Shown here: positions 60,012 to 64,000 of the stretch, piece after piece
Position numbering within the stretch: position 1 is the first letter of the stretch
Layout: every line of letters starts with the position of its first letter
NCBI GenBank assembly: GCA_963845065.1
Contig: CAWJQQ010000009.1
Coordinates: forward strand, 1,152,001-1,216,000
Direction: 5' to 3'
Length of the DNA: 64,000 nucleotides
DNA from: Nitrospirota bacterium
Lineage (GTDB): Bacteria; Nitrospirota; UBA9217
The notes under the pieces: model-generated
The model's input: the letters and a program-made list of their open reading frames with translations, nothing else
Database searches by the model: none
What the model was told of the DNA's origin: nothing
Translations under genes and position numbers: made by a program

Positions 60012-61187
60012 ATGCCTGAGAAGTTCGGCAGGATCAAGAGGCTACCGCCCTATGTTTTCTCGATTGTTAACGCCATGAAAATCGAGGCACGCAGGCGCGG
60101 CGAAGACATTATCGATCTTGGCATGGGTAATCCTGACCAGAGTACGCCGCAACACATCGTAGACAAACTTGTCGAGGCCGCACAAAATCCAAAAAACCAC
60201 CGTTATTCCGCCTCTAAGGGGATTACTAAGCTCCGCACCGCAATCTGCGACTGGTACAAGCGCCGCTACGATGTCAATCTCGATCCGGAGTCAGAAGCAG
60301 TCGCGACAATCGGATCCAAGGAAGGGCTTTCGCACCTCGCTTTGGCCACGGTCGAGCCGGGGGACGTGGTGTTTACAACCACACCAGCTTATCCGATTCA
60401 TCCCTATGCCGTGATCATAGCTGGTGGTGAAGTGCGTTCTATTCCGCTTCGCAAGGACAGTGACTTCTTCAACGACATGCAGGAGGCCTACAAGAACACT
60501 TGGCCTCGGCCCATAATGCTCATCATCAATTTCCCGAACAATCCCACGACGCAGGTGGTGGATGTGGATTTCTTCCAGAAAATTGCGGATTTTGCACAGG
60601 AGAACAACATAATCGTAGTGCACGATCTGGCTTATGCAGACTTAAACTTTGATGGTTACCGGGCGCCAAGTTTTCTGCAGGCAAAAGGAGCCAAAGACGT
60701 GGGTGTCGAGTTTTTCAGTCTTACAAAAAGCTACAATATGGCGGGATGGCGAGTGGGATTTTGCTGTGGAAATAGGGACATTGTGGGTGCCCTAATCAAG
60801 ATCAAAAGCTACCTCGACTACGGCATGTTTCAACCGATACAGATTGCATCTATCATTGCACTGAACGGGCCACAGGGGTGTGTAAAGGAGATCTCGGACA
60901 TGTATCGGTGCCGCAGAGACGTACTTATAGATGGGTTGGATAAAGCGGGTTGGAAGGTAGAAAAGCCTAAGGCCACCATGTTCGTCTGGGCCGAGATCCC
61001 CGAGCCCTTCAAGAAGATGGGCTCCCTAGATTTCGCAAAACACCTTATTAAAGTGGCAAAGGTCGCTGTCTCGCCCGGTGTCGGATTTGGTGAGTACGGC
61101 GACAGCCACGTGCGGTTCGCACTCATTGAGAACGAGTACCGGCTGCGCCAGGCGGCAAAGGGGATAAAACTAGCGCTGAAGAAATGA
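60012..61187 (+). CDS. alaC: Class I PLP aminotransferase (AlaC-like)
   Basis: [37 protein letters not shown]. Confidence 0.8.
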   Translation: MPEKFGRIKRLPPYVFSIVNAMKIEARRRGEDIIDLGMGNPDQSTPQHIVDKLVEAAQNPKNHRYSASKGITKLRTAICDWYKRRYDVNLDPESEAVATIGSKEGLSHLALATVEPGDVVFTTTPAYPIHPYAVIIAGGEVRSIPLRKDSDFFNDMQEAYKNTWPRPIMLIINFPNNPTTQVVDVDFFQKIADFAQENNIIVVHDLAYADLNFDGYRAPSFLQAKGAKDVGVEFFSLTKSYNMAGWRVGFCCGNRDIVGALIKIKSYLDYGMFQPIQIASIIALNGPQGCVKEISDMYRCRRDVLIDGLDKAGWKVEKPKATMFVWAEIPEPFKKMGSLDFAKHLIKVAKVAVSPGVGFGEYGDSHVRFALIENEYRLRQAAKGIKLALKK

Positions 61188-61290
61188 TAGAGCAGGATCA
61201 AGGAACAAAGGTCAAGGATAAGCTGAAGATGGTTAAACGTCTTCCTCAGCGTCCTCCACAGTAACAAAAGATATTAAAAGCAGGTAGATA

Positions 61291-62604
61291 ATGGCATCCA
61301 AGAAATCAATCAATGTAGGCATCATCGGCTTCGGCACCGTCGGAACTGGTACAGCGCGAATCCTGAACGAGAACGCTGAAATTATCCGGCGCAGGCTCGG
61401 CGTTCCAGTTGTGCTGAAGAGAATATCCGATCTGGATGTGAAGCGTGATAGAGGTATTAAGCTCAAGGGTGTTCAGATAACCACCAATGCACAGGATATA
61501 TTTACCGATCCTGAGATCGACGTCGTGGTGGAACTCATCGGCGGGTATAAACCTGCCAAGGAGTTTATCCTCGAGGCAATCAAGCATAAAAAACATGTGG
61601 TAACGGCAAACAAGGCGCTCCTAGCCGTGCATGGTGAGGAGATATATACCTCGGCCGAAAAGTACGGCGTCACGCTCGGATTCGAAGCATCGGTCGCAGG
61701 AGGTATCCCGATTCTTGCTGCCATCAGGAACGGTCTGGCGGCTAATCATATCAAGTCCATCTACGGCATAGTGAACGGAACGTGCAATTACATCCTGACG
61801 CTTATGACGAATGAATGCCGGAAGTTTGAAGACGTCCTGAAAGAGGCGCAGTCCATGGGGTATGCAGAGACAGACCCGACATTCGACATCGAAGGTATCG
61901 ATTCGGCGCACAAACTTGCGGTCATTACCATGCTTGCCTATGGCACGCCGGTGAAGTTCGATGATATTTATACCGAGGGAATTTCGAAGATCACACCAAG
62001 CGATATCGATTTTGCAAAAGAGCTCGGTTACAAGATCAAACTCTTGGCCATAACTAAGATGGTGAATGGAGAGGTGGAAGCGCGCGTTCATCCTACCATG
62101 CTTCCCGAGGAGTATCCCATTGCCGCTGTTGATGGGGTTTTCAATGCACTCTCCATTGTCGGCGATGCTGTGGGATCAACCATGTTCTACGGCAGAGGTG
62201 CAGGCGATATGCCTACAGGGAGCGCCGTGGTTAGCGATATCATCGACATCGGTCGCGACATCCTGGCAGGCTGCACGAATCGTACGCCTGTTGCAGCTTT
62301 CCGCGAACGAACGCCCCTCAAGATTCGTAAGATGGACGAAATCACATCCTGTTATTATCTGCGGTTCTCAGCCATGGATAAGCCTGGCGTTCTGTCACGG
62401 ATATCGGGTGTGCTTGGTAGAAACAACATCAGCATCTCCTCGGTCATCCAAAAAGGTAGGGGGACTGCAGAAGCGGTGCCGCTGGTGATGATGAGCCATG
62501 AAGCCATTGAACTCGATGTGCGTAAAGCACTGGATGAGATTAACAAAATGGACTGCGTATCCGGTCCGACCATGGTGATTCGAGTGGAGGAAGGGAAAAG
62601 CTGA
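61291..62604 (+). CDS. hom: Homoserine dehydrogenase with ACT domain
   Basis: GFGTVG, VVTANKA, EASVAGGIP, NGT.NYIL, DKPGVL. Confidence 0.97.
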   Translation: MASKKSINVGIIGFGTVGTGTARILNENAEIIRRRLGVPVVLKRISDLDVKRDRGIKLKGVQITTNAQDIFTDPEIDVVVELIGGYKPAKEFILEAIKHKKHVVTANKALLAVHGEEIYTSAEKYGVTLGFEASVAGGIPILAAIRNGLAANHIKSIYGIVNGTCNYILTLMTNECRKFEDVLKEAQSMGYAETDPTFDIEGIDSAHKLAVITMLAYGTPVKFDDIYTEGISKITPSDIDFAKELGYKIKLLAITKMVNGEVEARVHPTMLPEEYPIAAVDGVFNALSIVGDAVGSTMFYGRGAGDMPTGSAVVSDIIDIGRDILAGCTNRTPVAAFRERTPLKIRKMDEITSCYYLRFSAMDKPGVLSRISGVLGRNNISISSVIQKGRGTAEAVPLVMMSHEAIELDVRKALDEINKMDCVSGPTMVIRVEEGKS

Positions 62605-62689
62605 TAATTTAGGATTACGGAACGCAGGTGGGTCGACTTGATAAGTTACTGAGTGTTGCCGCCTAGCGATACCGCTAATTCGCTCGGGG

Positions 62690-62953
62690 ATGATTATGAC
62701 AGACGATATCAAAATAAATAAGACAATCGATATTAAGGGTCAGGTCTGTCCGTATACGTTCGTTCGATCGAAACTAGCATTGGAAAAAATGCCTCTTGGA
62801 GAAGTGCTGGAAATCATCACAGACCATAAGCCCGCGTCGGAAAACGTGCCAAAAAGCATGGAGAATGAAGGCCAGAAGGTCCTTCGGATTGAACAGACCG
62901 CGGAAAAAGAGTGGCATATTATAGTTCGGAAGGACAAAGAAAAAAAGAAATAA
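62690..62953 (+). CDS. TusA-family sulfur carrier
   Basis: D..G..CP motif. Confidence 0.88.
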   Translation: MIMTDDIKINKTIDIKGQVCPYTFVRSKLALEKMPLGEVLEIITDHKPASENVPKSMENEGQKVLRIEQTAEKEWHIIVRKDKEKKK

Positions 62954-63083
62954 CACACTGTTAATCTTGGGCGAGCGCGGATAGACAGGCATAATAAATC
63001 ATTTTGTACAAAAGATGATTTGCCTGTGTGTGTATTAATTTGTTCCGACAGAATCAGAATTCGTAGTTATTAGAGAGGTTTCT

Positions 63084-63887
63084 ATGGACTTTACTGAAGA
63101 TCAAATACTGCGTTACAGCAGGCACATTCTGCTTCCGGAAGTTGGGGGCGACGGACAGGAAAAGATCTTGAACGCCAAAGTCGTGCTGGTCGGCGCTGGC
63201 GGTCTCGGCTCTCCGGTCGGGTACTATCTTGCGGCAGCAGGTGTCGGCACTATCGGCGTCATCGACAACGACCGTGTCGAAATCTCGAACCTTCAGCGGC
63301 AGATCGCGCATAATACTAGCAGGATTGGCATGCTGAAGGCAGATTCCTCGAAGGAGACCTACGAGACGCTAAACCCCGACGTGAAAGTCATCACGCACAA
63401 GGAACGATTGTCGTCCCATAACATCAAGGGGATTATCAAGGATTATGATATTGTGGTTGACGGCAGCGACAATTTCCCTACGCGCTATCTAGTTAATGAT
63501 GCCTGCGTCATGCTCAAGAAGACGCTGGTCAGCGCCGCGGTCTTCCGGTTCGAAGGGCAGATCATGAGCATCTACCCAGGCGAAGGACCGTGTTACCGAT
63601 GCCTGTTTGAGGTCCCACCCCCTCCGGGTATGGTCCCCTCGTGCCAGGAGGCGGGCATCCTCGGAGTCGTCACCGGTGTGATCGGGACTTTGCAGGCGAC
63701 CGAGGTGATCAAGGCGATCCTTGGCATCGGCCACCCGCTCAAAGGAAAACTTCTGCTGTGGAACGCTCTCGATATGAGTTTCCGCACCGTGAAGGTGCCT
63801 CGGAATAAAGAGTGCCCCGTGTGTGGCGAGCATCCAACGATTACGGAATTGATAGATTACGAACAATTCTGTTCTATGAGCCACTGA
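63084..63887 (+). CDS. MoeB/ThiF-family adenylyltransferase
   Basis: RYSRHI, GAGGLG, SNLQRQ, CYRC, C.EAG.LG, CPVC. Confidence 0.93.
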   Translation: MDFTEDQILRYSRHILLPEVGGDGQEKILNAKVVLVGAGGLGSPVGYYLAAAGVGTIGVIDNDRVEISNLQRQIAHNTSRIGMLKADSSKETYETLNPDVKVITHKERLSSHNIKGIIKDYDIVVDGSDNFPTRYLVNDACVMLKKTLVSAAVFRFEGQIMSIYPGEGPCYRCLFEVPPPPGMVPSCQEAGILGVVTGVIGTLQATEVIKAILGIGHPLKGKLLLWNALDMSFRTVKVPRNKECPVCGEHPTITELIDYEQFCSMSH

Positions 63888-64000
63888 GGAAGGTGGAAGT
63901 GCTGACGACGAGAAAGGCCGAAAATCTGCACTCTTGGTGTATCTTATGGCCTTGATCATTAACAAGTCCGACGTCCAACGCATTATCGATCATTGTACTG

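Overview
Bacterial chromosomal window; the housekeeping genes and multiheme cytochromes suggest an anaerobic Nitrospirota/Desulfobacterota-like host (inference). (1) 1-19605 is the right half of a siphovirus-type prophage: lambda gpD/gpE-like head genes, Mu gp36/gpG-like neck genes, a lysis cassette placed between neck and tail, tail tube, frameshifted chaperones, tape measure, a fused tail-tip/fibre gene and a lipoprotein moron. It ends at an attR made of the 3' half of tRNA-Arg(CCG). (2) tRNA-Lys, tRNA-Leu, tig-clpP-clpX-engB and an MscS-cNMP channel follow. (3) An extracellular-electron-transfer island: sigma54-type promoter, collagen-stalked decaheme MtrC/OmcA-like lipoprotein, nested IS debris (IS1634 inside an IS110 relic), and a porin-cytochrome (ExtBCD-like) cluster. 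(4) argB-hslUV-xerC-topA-smg with an eroded dprA. (5) An intact tnpB-only IS200/IS605 element with IS608-like ends, plus several scattered end relics. (6) ECF sigma/anti-sigma, a diguanylate cyclase, rpsF-ssb-rpsR, an FGE-domain gene, alaC, hom, and TusA- and MoeB-family genes. Most striking: both the major capsid protein and the head decoration protein carry a similar ~62-64 aa two-transmembrane leader ending in SR..L..QxG, suggesting membrane-tethered capsid precursors. Also, the tnpB element inserted into a stop codon and rebuilt it silently. All family assignments come from motif recognition by eye, not database searches.
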